A DNA stretch of 64,000 bases from Minisyncoccota bacterium (lineage in GTDB: Bacteria; Patescibacteriota; Minisyncoccia; Phycocordibacterales; PALSA-1337), in NCBI GenBank assembly GCA_041671485.1, contig JBAZBL010000006.1, forward strand, positions 6,539 to 70,538, given 5' to 3'. The notes beneath the pieces were generated by a model, which searched no databases, was not told the DNA's origin, and saw only the letters and a list, made by a program, of their open reading frames with translations. The translations under genes and the position numbers were made by a program. Of the stretch, positions 40,235 to 49,170 are shown piece after piece (within the stretch, counting starts at the first letter, position 1; every line of letters starts with the position of its first letter).

Positions 40235-41446
40235 ATGTTATTCAATTATCAAGCATTAGACCAGAGTGGGGCAAAGAAAGAAGGAGCAATTGATGCTATC
40301 AATGTTGATATTGCTATATCATCTCTACAGAGGCGTGGCTTTGTTGTTACTGGTATCAGAGAGGCAGATAGTGGCAGGTCACTCTTATCTAGAAATATTG
40401 CATTTTTTGATCGTGTATCTACGAAAGAGGTTGTTATATTGTCTAGACAACTTGCAACATTATTCGAAGCACAGGTTTCTGCCTTGCGCATATTCCGCCT
40501 ACTTGCTGCAGAAACAGAAAATGCAACATTGGCAAAAAAGTTAACAGAAGTTTCCGATGATTTGCAAAGTGGTAATTCTATATCTGGAGCATTGTCAAAA
40601 CACCCCAAGATATTTTCCCAATTTTATATAAGTATGGTAAAAGCTGGAGAAGAATCTGGCAAACTAGACGATACTTTCCAATATCTAGCCGACTATCTAG
40701 ATCGTACATACGAATTGTCTTCAAAAGTCAAAGGAGCACTCATATATCCTGCTTTCGTCGTATTTACATTCATTACTGTTATGATACTCATGTTTACGGC
40801 TGTAATACCAAAGATAAGTGCTATCATAGTAGAATCAGGCACAGAAATACCTGTATATACAAAGATAGTTCTAGGTATTAGCAACTTTCTTACTAGTTAT
40901 GGATTTGTCATTCTTGGAGTACTTATCATTCTAGGGTTCTTCCTCATACGCTTTATACGTACACCTCCTGGACGATATGCATACGACCATTTCAAGCTGG
41001 AAATACCTTATATTAGTAGTTTATTTAGGAAACTTTATTTAGCAAGAATGGCAGACAATATGTCTACTATGCTATCTTCTGGTATTCCTATGATAAGGGC
41101 TCTAGAACTAACTTCCGATGTTATAAACAATACTGTATACAAAAATATCTTGTCCGATGCAGTAGAGTCGGTAAAAGGAGGACAGACTCTTTCGGATTCT
41201 CTTTCGAATAATCCACGTGAAATACCGGGTATCATGACTCAAATGATGAAAGTCGGTGAAGAATCGGGTGAGCTTGCAACGATATTGAAGACTGTTGCAA
41301 AGTTCTATGGTAGGGAAGTGACTACTGCGATAGACTCTCTAGTTTCTCTCATCGAACCAGCTATGATCGTCCTTTTGGGAGGTGGTGTAGCGGTACTTCT
41401 AGCATCGGTTCTTCTGCCTATTTACAATATTGCAAGTACGCAGTAA
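40235..41446 (+). CDS. pilC: PilC/GspF (copy 2)
   Basis: AGEESGKL, ALIYP, VGEESGEL, LIEP. Confidence 0.95.
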   Translation: MLFNYQALDQSGAKKEGAIDAINVDIAISSLQRRGFVVTGIREADSGRSLLSRNIAFFDRVSTKEVVILSRQLATLFEAQVSALRIFRLLAAETENATLAKKLTEVSDDLQSGNSISGALSKHPKIFSQFYISMVKAGEESGKLDDTFQYLADYLDRTYELSSKVKGALIYPAFVVFTFITVMILMFTAVIPKISAIIVESGTEIPVYTKIVLGISNFLTSYGFVILGVLIILGFFLIRFIRTPPGRYAYDHFKLEIPYISSLFRKLYLARMADNMSTMLSSGIPMIRALELTSDVINNTVYKNILSDAVESVKGGQTLSDSLSNNPREIPGIMTQMMKVGEESGELATILKTVAKFYGREVTTAIDSLVSLIEPAMIVLLGGGVAVLLASVLLPIYNIASTQ

Positions 41447-41454
41447 TTTGTTTA

Positions 41455-41490
41455 CCATTTTTGATTTTTTATCTTTGATTTTTGATTTAT
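41455..41490 (-). repeat. Degenerate 7-nt tandem array (AAATCAA-like)
   Basis: ccatttttgattttttatctttgatttttgatttat; similar arrays at 61931 and 63552. Confidence 0.55.
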
Positions 41491-41609
41491 ATTGTTATCC
41501 CCAATTGCTCTTGAATATATTAAAGTCATAGATGTTATAATATGTCTTGAACAACCTTGTTTAAGGTCTGTTATTAAAGGTTTTATTATTAATAATTATT
41601 AAATAAAAT

Positions 41610-42101
41610 ATGAAAAAATCATATTCAAGAGGTTTCACTCTTATAGAATTGCTAGTTGTTATTGCCATCATCGGTATTTTGGCGTCAGTTGTGTTGGTGA
41701 GTTTGAATAGTGCGAGAAATAAGGGAAAAGATGCTAGAATCATTTCAAGTGTTCAACAGATTAGAACATTGGCAGAGGGGGGTTACAATAATGGTCTTTA
41801 TCTTGATTTTATTGGCGACAGTGACACAACATACAATGAGACAGTTGCTGGTGCTTTAAATACTGCCGGCCCAAACAATACAGCGGTTGCACAGCTTGTA
41901 GCTGATATGACAGCAAATGCTGGATCTGTAGTTTATATGGTTACTGAGGGTAGTACTAACATTGGTGTATCTGCTTATGCAGTATATGGAGCTCTTCCAA
42001 GCTCTCCATCTGGTTCAACCAAGTATTTCTGTCTTGATTCTACTGGAAAGACTAATCAATATGCTAGTGCTGCTTCAACCGTAACTTGCCCAGCTAACTA
42101 G
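41610..42101 (+). CDS. Type IV pilin (major-pilin candidate)
   Basis: RGFTLIELLVVIAIIGILASVV, C-terminal FCLDS...C disulfide; AT-rich leader and downstream terminator. Confidence 0.9.
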   Translation: MKKSYSRGFTLIELLVVIAIIGILASVVLVSLNSARNKGKDARIISSVQQIRTLAEGGYNNGLYLDFIGDSDTTYNETVAGALNTAGPNNTAVAQLVADMTANAGSVVYMVTEGSTNIGVSAYAVYGALPSSPSGSTKYFCLDSTGKTNQYASAASTVTCPAN

Positions 42102-42142
42102 TACCTAGAGACTTTCTTTATGCCCCATACGTGGTAAATCAT

Positions 42143-42168
42143 CAAAACCTAGTTTCGGCTAGGTTTTG
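42143..42168. terminator. Bidirectional terminator
   Basis: caaaacctag-tttcgg-ctaggttttg. Confidence 0.7.
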
Positions 42169-42177
42169 TGTTTGGGG

Positions 42178-42236
42178 GAGTTTACGCAGGGTAGACCTGC
42201 GGGGGAATCCCCCGCAGGTCTACCCTGCGTAAACTC
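42178..42236. repeat. GTAG-family REP doublet at the RAYT 3' end
   Basis: 29-bp perfect arms gagtttacgcagggtagacctgcggggga; supplies the RAYT TAG stop. Confidence 0.95.
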
Positions 42237-42792
42237 TAATAATACTACCTTGAGGTCTATTTTCTCCCAAATAGTCTTTATAACTAGAGAATTCGTATTT
42301 CTTTGAGTATTCTATTGCTTGAGCCAAATATTCAGGTTTGGCAGTTTTCATGAGATCTGGTTCATCTATACTATACGGATTCAAGTGTATGTATTGGATC
42401 AAATATCTCAAATATTCATCATTATCAATATGTTTTTCTTTGTATTGTCCTTGAAATATTGTTCCAGAGTGGTCATATTTTCTGTTGTAATACATTGCGT
42501 ATGATGTGCACAGTTTACGAATAAATCTAGTAATACCACCATCAGTTTTTTCTTCTACTCCTATATGAAAATGGTTTGGCATAAGACAATAGGCAAATAT
42601 GTCGACAATTATATCTCGATTATATTGAAACATGTCTAATGGCTTTATACTACGCAGGTCTACCCTGCGTGTATCATTTGCTGTGTAGAGTAGAGTTATA
42701 AATCTTTCATAATCACCCCTATCTAAAAATATTGGTGCTTTATGGGCTCCACGATTGTATATATGATATTTTTCTCCTAATATATGTGACAT
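42220..42792 (-). CDS. REP-associated tyrosine transposase (RAYT; Y1 HUH, IS200/IS605 superfamily)
   Basis: YHIYNRG, AYCLMPNHFH (HUH), GTIFQGQY, YIHLNP, Y.FSSY; REP hairpins on both sides and inside. Confidence 0.92.
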   Translation of the reverse strand: MSHILGEKYHIYNRGAHKAPIFLDRGDYERFITLLYTANDTRRVDLRSIKPLDMFQYNRDIIVDIFAYCLMPNHFHIGVEEKTDGGITRFIRKLCTSYAMYYNRKYDHSGTIFQGQYKEKHIDNDEYLRYLIQYIHLNPYSIDEPDLMKTAKPEYLAQAIEYSKKYEFSSYKDYLGENRPQGSIIRVYAG

Positions 42793-42796
42793 TAAA

Positions 42797-42821
42797 TTTA
42801 CGCAGGGTAGACCTGCGTAAA
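42797..42821. repeat. GTAG-family REP hairpin in the RAYT leader
   Basis: tttacgcagggtagacctgcgtaaa. Confidence 0.9.
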
Positions 42822-42823
42822 CA

Positions 42824-42877
42824 ACCATATCACACCGAGATAAAATCCTGATAAAATTTTGCTGAAGAAATGATAAA
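42824..42877 (-). promoter_or_regulatory. Conserved TTTTATC-box promoter, copy 4 (upstream of RAYT)
   Basis: Reverse complement reads tttatcatttcttcagcaaaattttatcaggattttatctcggtgtgatatggt. Confidence 0.75.
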
Positions 42878-42885
42878 GTTTTTAT

Positions 42886-42916
42886 CCGAGGGTAGGCCTC
42901 GGAGGCCTACCCTCGG
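42886..42916. repeat. CCGAGG-GTAGG-CCTCGG REP doublet
   Basis: ccgagggtaggcctc-g-gaggcctaccctcgg. Confidence 0.85.
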
Positions 42917-42961
42917 CAAACCGCGGTGGTTGCAACATAAATAACATGTTATAATCCTTGT

Positions 42962-43429
42962 ATGAAAAAGTCTGGCTTTACTCTAATAGAACTTCTAGTT
43001 GTGATTGCTATTATCGCCATATTGACATCCATCGTAATGACCAATTTCTCATCATCGCGCTCCAGGGCGCGAGACGCTAAGAGGGTTTCAGATTTGGGAC
43101 AGATTCAGTTGGCGCTTGAACTTTATTTTGATAGGTGTAAGGAGTATCCAGGTTCATTTTCTACGTCTGCTAATAATGGTTGCCCTTCAGGTATTAGTCT
43201 AATTACATATATTTCACAGATTCCATCATCTCCATCACCAGGATCATATGGCTATCATTTTAATGATAATACTGTTCCTTATAATCCTAATGATTATGTC
43301 TTACATGTAACTCTTGAAAACCAGAATGAAGTCACAATAGATGGAAGACAAAATATTTCAGGTATAGTTTATCCAACTCCATTGCCAACTTGTAATCAAG
43401 TTAAAGAATATTGCATCGGCCCCAAATAA
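42962..43429 (+). CDS. Type IV pilin / GspG-like
   Basis: SGFTLIELLVVIAII, RDAKRVSDL.QIQLALELY. Confidence 0.9.
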   Translation: MKKSGFTLIELLVVIAIIAILTSIVMTNFSSSRSRARDAKRVSDLGQIQLALELYFDRCKEYPGSFSTSANNGCPSGISLITYISQIPSSPSPGSYGYHFNDNTVPYNPNDYVLHVTLENQNEVTIDGRQNISGIVYPTPLPTCNQVKEYCIGPK

Positions 43430-43444
43430 TACCCCTATCTGTAA

Positions 43445-44245
43445 ATGAATACCTCATCACTCATCCTTTCCTTCATCTTCGGTGCTGTGGTCGGTAGTTT
43501 CTTGAATGTTGTAGCAATTAGATTTAATACTGGCAAAAATATAGGTGGTAGGTCGAAATGCATGTCTTGTAGCAAGACACTTGAATGGTTCGAACTTGTA
43601 CCTATATTTAGTTTTATTTTCCAGAGAGGAGCGTGCAAGAAGTGCAAAAGCAAGATTTCTTGGCAATATCCACTCGTAGAATTTATCGCAGGAGCTATAT
43701 TTGTCTTGTTATTCTTCACATTCCCGCCAATATCCTATATTTCTGGCATAACTACATTCATCCAGATATTGTGTGCCTGTTTACTTCTAGTCATTGTAAT
43801 ATATGATATAAAACACAAGATAATACCAGATTCATTTGTATATTCATTTGATATTATTGCTCTTCTTGGCCTATTTATCGGTGGAATTTCTCTTTGGCAT
43901 ATACCTACTTTCTCGCAATTGATAGCTGGTCCACTTCTTGCTATACCTTTTGCATTTCTATGGCTCATATCTGGAGGGAAGTGGATGGGCTTCGGTGATG
44001 CAAAACTTGTACTCGGCATAGGGTGGCTTTTGGGTATAAATGCAGGAATAAATGCAATCATACTTTCTTTCTGGATAGGTGCTATAGTGTCTGTCGCTTG
44101 GCTTTTTGTGAATTACAAAACATTCAAGCGCAATGTTGAAATACCATTTGGTCCATATCTTGTACTTGGAATGTATCTTGTTCTCATATTTGGTATACAA
44201 GTGATCAATCTTGATATTTTATTGACAGCGATTGGTTTTTCGTAG
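43445..44245 (+). CDS. pilD: Prepilin peptidase
   Basis: GSFLNV, RSKC..C, C..C, MGFGDAKL, IPFGPYL. Confidence 0.95.
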   Translation: MNTSSLILSFIFGAVVGSFLNVVAIRFNTGKNIGGRSKCMSCSKTLEWFELVPIFSFIFQRGACKKCKSKISWQYPLVEFIAGAIFVLLFFTFPPISYISGITTFIQILCACLLLVIVIYDIKHKIIPDSFVYSFDIIALLGLFIGGISLWHIPTFSQLIAGPLLAIPFAFLWLISGGKWMGFGDAKLVLGIGWLLGINAGINAIILSFWIGAIVSVAWLFVNYKTFKRNVEIPFGPYLVLGMYLVLIFGIQVINLDILLTAIGFS

Positions 44246-44247
44246 CA

Positions 44248-44297
44248 GTCCCGCAGGGTAGACCTGCGGGGGATCACGCAGGTCTACCCTGCGGGAC
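44248..44297. repeat. GTAG-family REP doublet
   Basis: gtcccgcagggtagacctgcg-N8-cgcaggtctaccctgcgggac. Confidence 0.92.
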
Positions 44298-44320
44298 AGG
44301 AAAAGATGTATAATATAATC

Positions 44321-44959
44321 ATGAAATTACGTTGCGAACTCGGTAGTCGTGCTTTTACACTCATTGAACTTCTTGTATCTATATCAATATTTGTATTTAT
44401 GACAGCACTCCTTCTAGCCAAATATGGCAATTTCAATCAGAGCGTTCTCATGACAAATCTAGCATACGATATGGTTCTCACTCTTCGTACTGCGCAAACA
44501 TATGGTTTGAGCGTTCAAGGAGATACTAGTGGTTCATCACCGACATTTGGGCAGGCATATGGTGTTGCGTTTTGCAAGAATACTTCTTGCAATGGCACAT
44601 CGAACAATCAAAATATGATAATGTTTGCTGATAATAATAAGAATGGAGTATATAATACTGGTACTCCTCCAGATTCTATAGTTGCAAATTATTCTATAAA
44701 GCGTGGAGCAAAAGTACTTGGTTTTTGTGATAAACAAGATGGAAGCGGTTGCATTAGTACTGGTGGTACAAATAGTTCAATAAGCAGTGTTGATATAAGT
44801 TTCCTGCGCCCAGATCCAAATGCAATTATTTGTACTACAAAGAATAGTTCTGTAGATTGTAATAATAATTATATAAAAGTTATCCTACAAAGTAGTGATG
44901 CTTCAAATATTAGAAGTATAGTCGTACGTAGTACAGGACAGATGTCTGTAGAAGAATAA
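44321..44959 (+). CDS. Minor pilin FimT/GspH-like
   Basis: AFTLIELLVSISIF, LRTAQ..G. Confidence 0.8.
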   Translation: MKLRCELGSRAFTLIELLVSISIFVFMTALLLAKYGNFNQSVLMTNLAYDMVLTLRTAQTYGLSVQGDTSGSSPTFGQAYGVAFCKNTSCNGTSNNQNMIMFADNNKNGVYNTGTPPDSIVANYSIKRGAKVLGFCDKQDGSGCISTGGTNSSISSVDISFLRPDPNAIICTTKNSSVDCNNNYIKVILQSSDASNIRSIVVRSTGQMSVEE

Positions 44960-44960
44960 T

Positions 44961-45566
44961 ATGAAATACCGAGGATTTACACTCATAGAAATGATAGTGT
45001 CTCTAGGGATCTTTTCCGTTGTTGCTGTCATATCGCTCGGAGCATTGATGAGGATAATCTCTGCAAATCACAAAGCACAAGCTATACAATCAGCATTCAC
45101 AAACCTCAATTTTGCCCTAGAATCTATGTCTCGCGAAATAAGAATGGGGGCAAACTATCATTGCGAAGCAGGATTCAATACATATTCTGGAAGTGGCATT
45201 TCAGGTAAAGCATGTGATATCGGCAATAATTCGACAATATTTTTTGAATCATCCAAAACCAAAACATTACAAAGTGGTAATGGTAGTTGCCGTTTGGTAT
45301 ATAGTTATTATTTTAGTGGTTCTGCTCCCAACTATATTCTCAAGAAAGCTCAACAAAGTAATTGTAATGACCCTATAAATAACAATAGTTTTTCAGAAGT
45401 CATTTCACCCAATATAACTATTACAGATTACAAACTAGGAGTAATAAAAGGATCAACTGACAATTATCCCAAAGTCTTTATCCGTATATCTGGCGAAGCA
45501 GGTATAAAAGAAAAAGAAAAGACGTTTTTTGATGTGCAGACTAGTATATCGCAGAGGATTCGATAA
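44961..45566 (+). CDS. Minor pilin PilW/PulJ-like
   Basis: GFTLIEMIVS, MSREIRMG, QTSISQR. Confidence 0.8.
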   Translation: MKYRGFTLIEMIVSLGIFSVVAVISLGALMRIISANHKAQAIQSAFTNLNFALESMSREIRMGANYHCEAGFNTYSGSGISGKACDIGNNSTIFFESSKTKTLQSGNGSCRLVYSYYFSGSAPNYILKKAQQSNCNDPINNNSFSEVISPNITITDYKLGVIKGSTDNYPKVFIRISGEAGIKEKEKTFFDVQTSISQRIR

Positions 45567-45574
45567 ATAAAAAT

Positions 45575-46093
45575 ATGAAGCAAATATCAAATAGGAAAAA
45601 TAATGTAAGAGGGTTCACCATAGTAGAAACATTGGTGGCAATAACCATTCTTATGATAGCTATTGCAGGCCCACTCGTTGCTGCAAATAGGAGTTTGACT
45701 GCTGCACTATATGCAAAAAATCAGGCAATAGCATCATTTTTGGCAATGGAGGAGATAGAATTGATAAGGTCGTACAAAGATAACACTTCCAATTTCAGTA
45801 CTTTCAAAAATCTTTGTACTTCTGGTAGTTATTGTTATGCCTCATGGGATAATAGCGGTTCAATAGGCTATGGACAGTGTAATCCGATAGCAAATTCTTG
45901 TAAGATATATTTCAATAATAGTTATGGTTATACAAATCTAGCTGTTAGCACAAATACTATATTCAATAGATATTATATCTTTAATGAGATTTCTAGTAAT
46001 GAAGTCAAGGTCACAGCATTCGTATATTGGAATGAAGGCAAAATACCGAGTGAGGTTAGGATTACAAGCTATATGACTGATGCATCACTCTGA
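45575..46093 (+). CDS. Minor pilin PilV/PulI-like
   Basis: GFTIVETLVAI, FLAMEEIELIR, VTAFVYW. Confidence 0.8.
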   Translation: MKQISNRKNNVRGFTIVETLVAITILMIAIAGPLVAANRSLTAALYAKNQAIASFLAMEEIELIRSYKDNTSNFSTFKNLCTSGSYCYASWDNSGSIGYGQCNPIANSCKIYFNNSYGYTNLAVSTNTIFNRYYIFNEISSNEVKVTAFVYWNEGKIPSEVRITSYMTDASL

Positions 46094-46098
46094 TCATT

Positions 46099-46635
46099 AT
46101 GACAAATAGGAAAATACAATCTGGATACACATTACTATTTGCTGTTCTCACCGCATCTCTTGTCTTGGGCGTTGCAGCTTTTGTTGCTGGAATTGCTAGG
46201 AAGCAATATATAATATCTGCTACAGCTAGAGATTCTATCTATTCATTTTATAATGCAGATAGTGCTATAGAATGTATCATATCTAGTATGTCTAGTTGGC
46301 CTAGCGCCACTTCGAGTCTTGCCAGTGTTACTTGTAATAATGTTACTACAACATTAGGAGTTTTTAGTGATCTAGGATTAGGAATTCCCTCATTCAATGG
46401 CTCATATAAGGTATATGAAAATATTAATAATATTTCTTTTGGTTTAAATGGTTCAGATGGTTGCTCTGTTTATAGTATAAAGGTTGGATACAATACTGAT
46501 ACTCCACCAATGGAGAAGGTGGTAATAGAAGCAAGTGGTTACAATGTCTGTATCGAGGATCCTACTAGTCCAGGAAACTTTAAACCAGCCAATAGTCGTC
46601 GAACTGTAGAAAGGACTATTCGTCTGACTCAATAA
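46099..46635 (+). CDS. PilX-like minor pilin
   Basis: GYTLLFAVL (no E5), SFYNADSAIEC, IEASGYN, VERTI. Confidence 0.75.
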   Translation: MTNRKIQSGYTLLFAVLTASLVLGVAAFVAGIARKQYIISATARDSIYSFYNADSAIECIISSMSSWPSATSSLASVTCNNVTTTLGVFSDLGLGIPSFNGSYKVYENINNISFGLNGSDGCSVYSIKVGYNTDTPPMEKVVIEASGYNVCIEDPTSPGNFKPANSRRTVERTIRLTQ

Positions 46636-46663
46636 AAATGCCAATTCATGGTATTCTAAAGCC

Positions 46664-48727
46664 ATGAAAACAGTAGAGAAAAAAGCTACAAAAGAGGCAA
46701 AAGAGCGCCTAAATAAGCTCAAAGAGACGATAGAATACCATCGTTACAATTATCATGTACTCGATAAGCAAGAGATTTCAGCATCGGCACTTGATAGTCT
46801 AAAACATGAATTGGCAATCCTCGAGACAAAATATCCAGAATTGATTACCACTGATTCACCATCACAGAGAGTAGGAGGGGAACCACTTCCAGAATTCAAG
46901 AAGGTAAAACACGTCATACCACAATGGTCTTTAAATGATGCCTTTGCTCCAGAAGAAATACAAGAATTTGATGCAAGAGTAAAAAGGTTCTTGATACAAG
47001 GTGGTATAAATAATCCCAAGCCAACATATACTTGTGAGCATAAGATAGATGGACTAAAAATTGTACTTAATTATGAAAATGGTGTACTAAAGCAAGTTGC
47101 AACTAGAGGAGATGGCATTGTCGGTGAAGATGTTACAAATAATGTGAGAACCATAGATTCTGTACCATTGAAGCTCAAAAAACCATTGTCAATCATCGTT
47201 GAAGGAGAAGCGTGGATGGCAAAGAGTACACTTAAAAGCTTGAATAAAGAACGTATCAAAGATAGAGAAGAGCCATTTGCGAATCCTAGGAATCTAGCGG
47301 CTGGTTCTATTCGCCAACTGGATCCGAAAGTAGTGAGAGAAAGGGGGTTAGATTCATTTATTTATGATATTGCGAGGATTATACCACCGCCTGCGACGGT
47401 CGAGGCGGCTACGATCTTGCCGTCAACACAATTGGCTGAGTTAAATCTTTTAAAGTCGCTTGGTTTCAAGGTAAATAAGCACTATAAACATTGCAACAAT
47501 ATTGAAGAAGTCATTGCATATTGGCGAGAATGGCAAAATAAAATGCCAAAAGAGGATTATTGGGCTGATGGTATTGTAGTAAAAGTAGATGAATTGGAAT
47601 ACCAAAAAATTCTAGGATTTACAGGCAAAGCACCACGTTGGTGTATAGCATTCAAATTCCCAAGTGAAGAAGTTACGACTATTCTAGAAGATATTGTCTT
47701 TCAAGTTGGGCGTATGGGCACTATTACACCAGTTGCTATATTGAAGCCAGTGTCTATAGGAGGTTCAACAGTTTCTAGAGCAACATTACACAATGAAGAT
47801 GAAATAAAACGTCTTGATGTTCACATTGGTGATACTGTCATACTCAAGAAAGCAGGAGATGTAATACCAGATATAGTTGGTATTGTGAAAGAGATGAGGA
47901 AGAGCAATTCTAGACCATTCAAATGGCCTACACATATAGCAGGATGTGGTGGGGATGGAAAGATAGAGAGAGTACCCGGTGAATCGGCATGGAGATGTGT
48001 AAATAAAAATTCTTTTGAACAAGAAAAGCGTAAACTTTACTATTTCACTTCTAAACACTGCTTTGATATTGACGGACTAGGTCCAAAGATCATAGATCTT
48101 TTGCTAGAACACAATCTTATTGCAAGCTCAGATGATATATTTACACTAGAAAAGGGCGATCTCGATAGTTTGCCACGTTTTGCGGATAAATCTGCAGACA
48201 ATCTGATAAAAGCTATTGAAAAAGCAAAGAAGGTGACATTGCCAAGATTTTTGGCCTCACTTTCTATCCCTCAACTAGGAGAAGAGACATCATATGATAT
48301 AGCCAAGAATTTTGGAACAATTGAAAATATTCAAGATGCAACAAAAGAAAAGTTTGAATCAATCTATGGTGTTGGGCCAGTAGTTGCCAAGTCTATTGCA
48401 GATTGGTTCAAAAAAAGTGAAAACCGTAAATTAGTTAGCAATCTACTGAAATACGTGAAGATAATTCCCGATGAATCAAATGCAAATGAAGCCAGTCAAA
48501 TTTTCAACGGTAAATCTTTTGTATTTACTGGTACTTTGCCAACATTGGAGCGTGAAGAAGCACAGCAATTAGTAAGAAAAAATGGAGGGAATGTATCTAG
48601 TTCCGTATCAAGCAAGACTTCATTTGTAGTTGCTGGCGATGATGCTGGGTCAAAGTTAGATAAAGCGAGGAGTTTGGGGGTGAATATAATAGATGAGAGT
48701 GAGTTCCTAAGGCTTTGCGCAGGGTAG
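46664..48727 (+). CDS. ligA: NAD-dependent DNA ligase
   Basis: EHKIDG, TRGDG, FANPRN, ATLHN, KAGDVIP, HhH and BRCT; TAG stop supplied by a REP. Confidence 0.98.
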   Translation: MKTVEKKATKEAKERLNKLKETIEYHRYNYHVLDKQEISASALDSLKHELAILETKYPELITTDSPSQRVGGEPLPEFKKVKHVIPQWSLNDAFAPEEIQEFDARVKRFLIQGGINNPKPTYTCEHKIDGLKIVLNYENGVLKQVATRGDGIVGEDVTNNVRTIDSVPLKLKKPLSIIVEGEAWMAKSTLKSLNKERIKDREEPFANPRNLAAGSIRQLDPKVVRERGLDSFIYDIARIIPPPATVEAATILPSTQLAELNLLKSLGFKVNKHYKHCNNIEEVIAYWREWQNKMPKEDYWADGIVVKVDELEYQKILGFTGKAPRWCIAFKFPSEEVTTILEDIVFQVGRMGTITPVAILKPVSIGGSTVSRATLHNEDEIKRLDVHIGDTVILKKAGDVIPDIVGIVKEMRKSNSRPFKWPTHIAGCGGDGKIERVPGESAWRCVNKNSFEQEKRKLYYFTSKHCFDIDGLGPKIIDLLLEHNLIASSDDIFTLEKGDLDSLPRFADKSADNLIKAIEKAKKVTLPRFLASLSIPQLGEETSYDIAKNFGTIENIQDATKEKFESIYGVGPVVAKSIADWFKKSENRKLVSNLLKYVKIIPDESNANEASQIFNGKSFVFTGTLPTLEREEAQQLVRKNGGNVSSSVSSKTSFVVAGDDAGSKLDKARSLGVNIIDESEFLRLCAG

Positions 48728-48760
48728 ACCTGCGTGAACACGCAGGTCTACCCTGCGCAA
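48715..48760. repeat. GTAG-family REP doublet overlapping the ligA stop
   Basis: ttgcgcagggtagacctgcgtg-aa-cacgcaggtctaccctgcgcaa. Confidence 0.93.
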
Positions 48761-48784
48761 CCTCAAATGTGATAAACTCACAAT

Positions 48785-49078
48785 ATGATAACAGTAAAAG
48801 AAATCGAATATCTAGCAGGATTGGCGCGAATAAAGCTATCAAAAGATGATGAAAAATCATTGGTCAAAGAATTTGACTCTATTTTGGGCTATATAGATCA
48901 ATTGAAGAAAGTCGAAGTCTCTACAGATGTATCTTCTAGAGTTGGTATGGTCAAAAATGTCATGCGTGAGGATAAGGCTTTACCTATTTCTCTGGAAAAT
49001 AGAGAGCAATTGCTGGATGAAGCACCAGATAGAGAAGGGGACTTTATCGCGGTTAAGAAGATAATTGAGCAGGATTGA
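48785..49078 (+). CDS. gatC: Asp/Glu-tRNA amidotransferase subunit C
   Basis: LAGLARI, ILGYIDQL, NVMRED; upstream of gatA. Confidence 0.93.
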   Translation: MITVKEIEYLAGLARIKLSKDDEKSLVKEFDSILGYIDQLKKVEVSTDVSSRVGMVKNVMREDKALPISLENREQLLDEAPDREGDFIAVKKIIEQD

Positions 49079-49083
49079 GAAAG

Positions 49084-49158
49084 TGTGTCATCCTCGCGAA
49101 AGCGAGGATCCACAATGTTATGAAAGACATGGATCCTCGCTTTCGCGAGGATGACACA
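49084..49158. repeat. Second palindromic repeat class (GTCATCCTCGCGAAAGCGAGGATCCA doublet)
   Basis: 29-bp perfect inverted arms 49084-49112 / 49130-49158, each containing a GAAA-loop hairpin. Confidence 0.85.
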
Positions 49159-49170
49159 AAATAAATTATT

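Noticed and set aside
42220-42792. Autonomous IS200/IS605 element with TnpB
   Set aside because: No tnpB; the NP motif and the dispersed flanking palindromes fit RAYT instead
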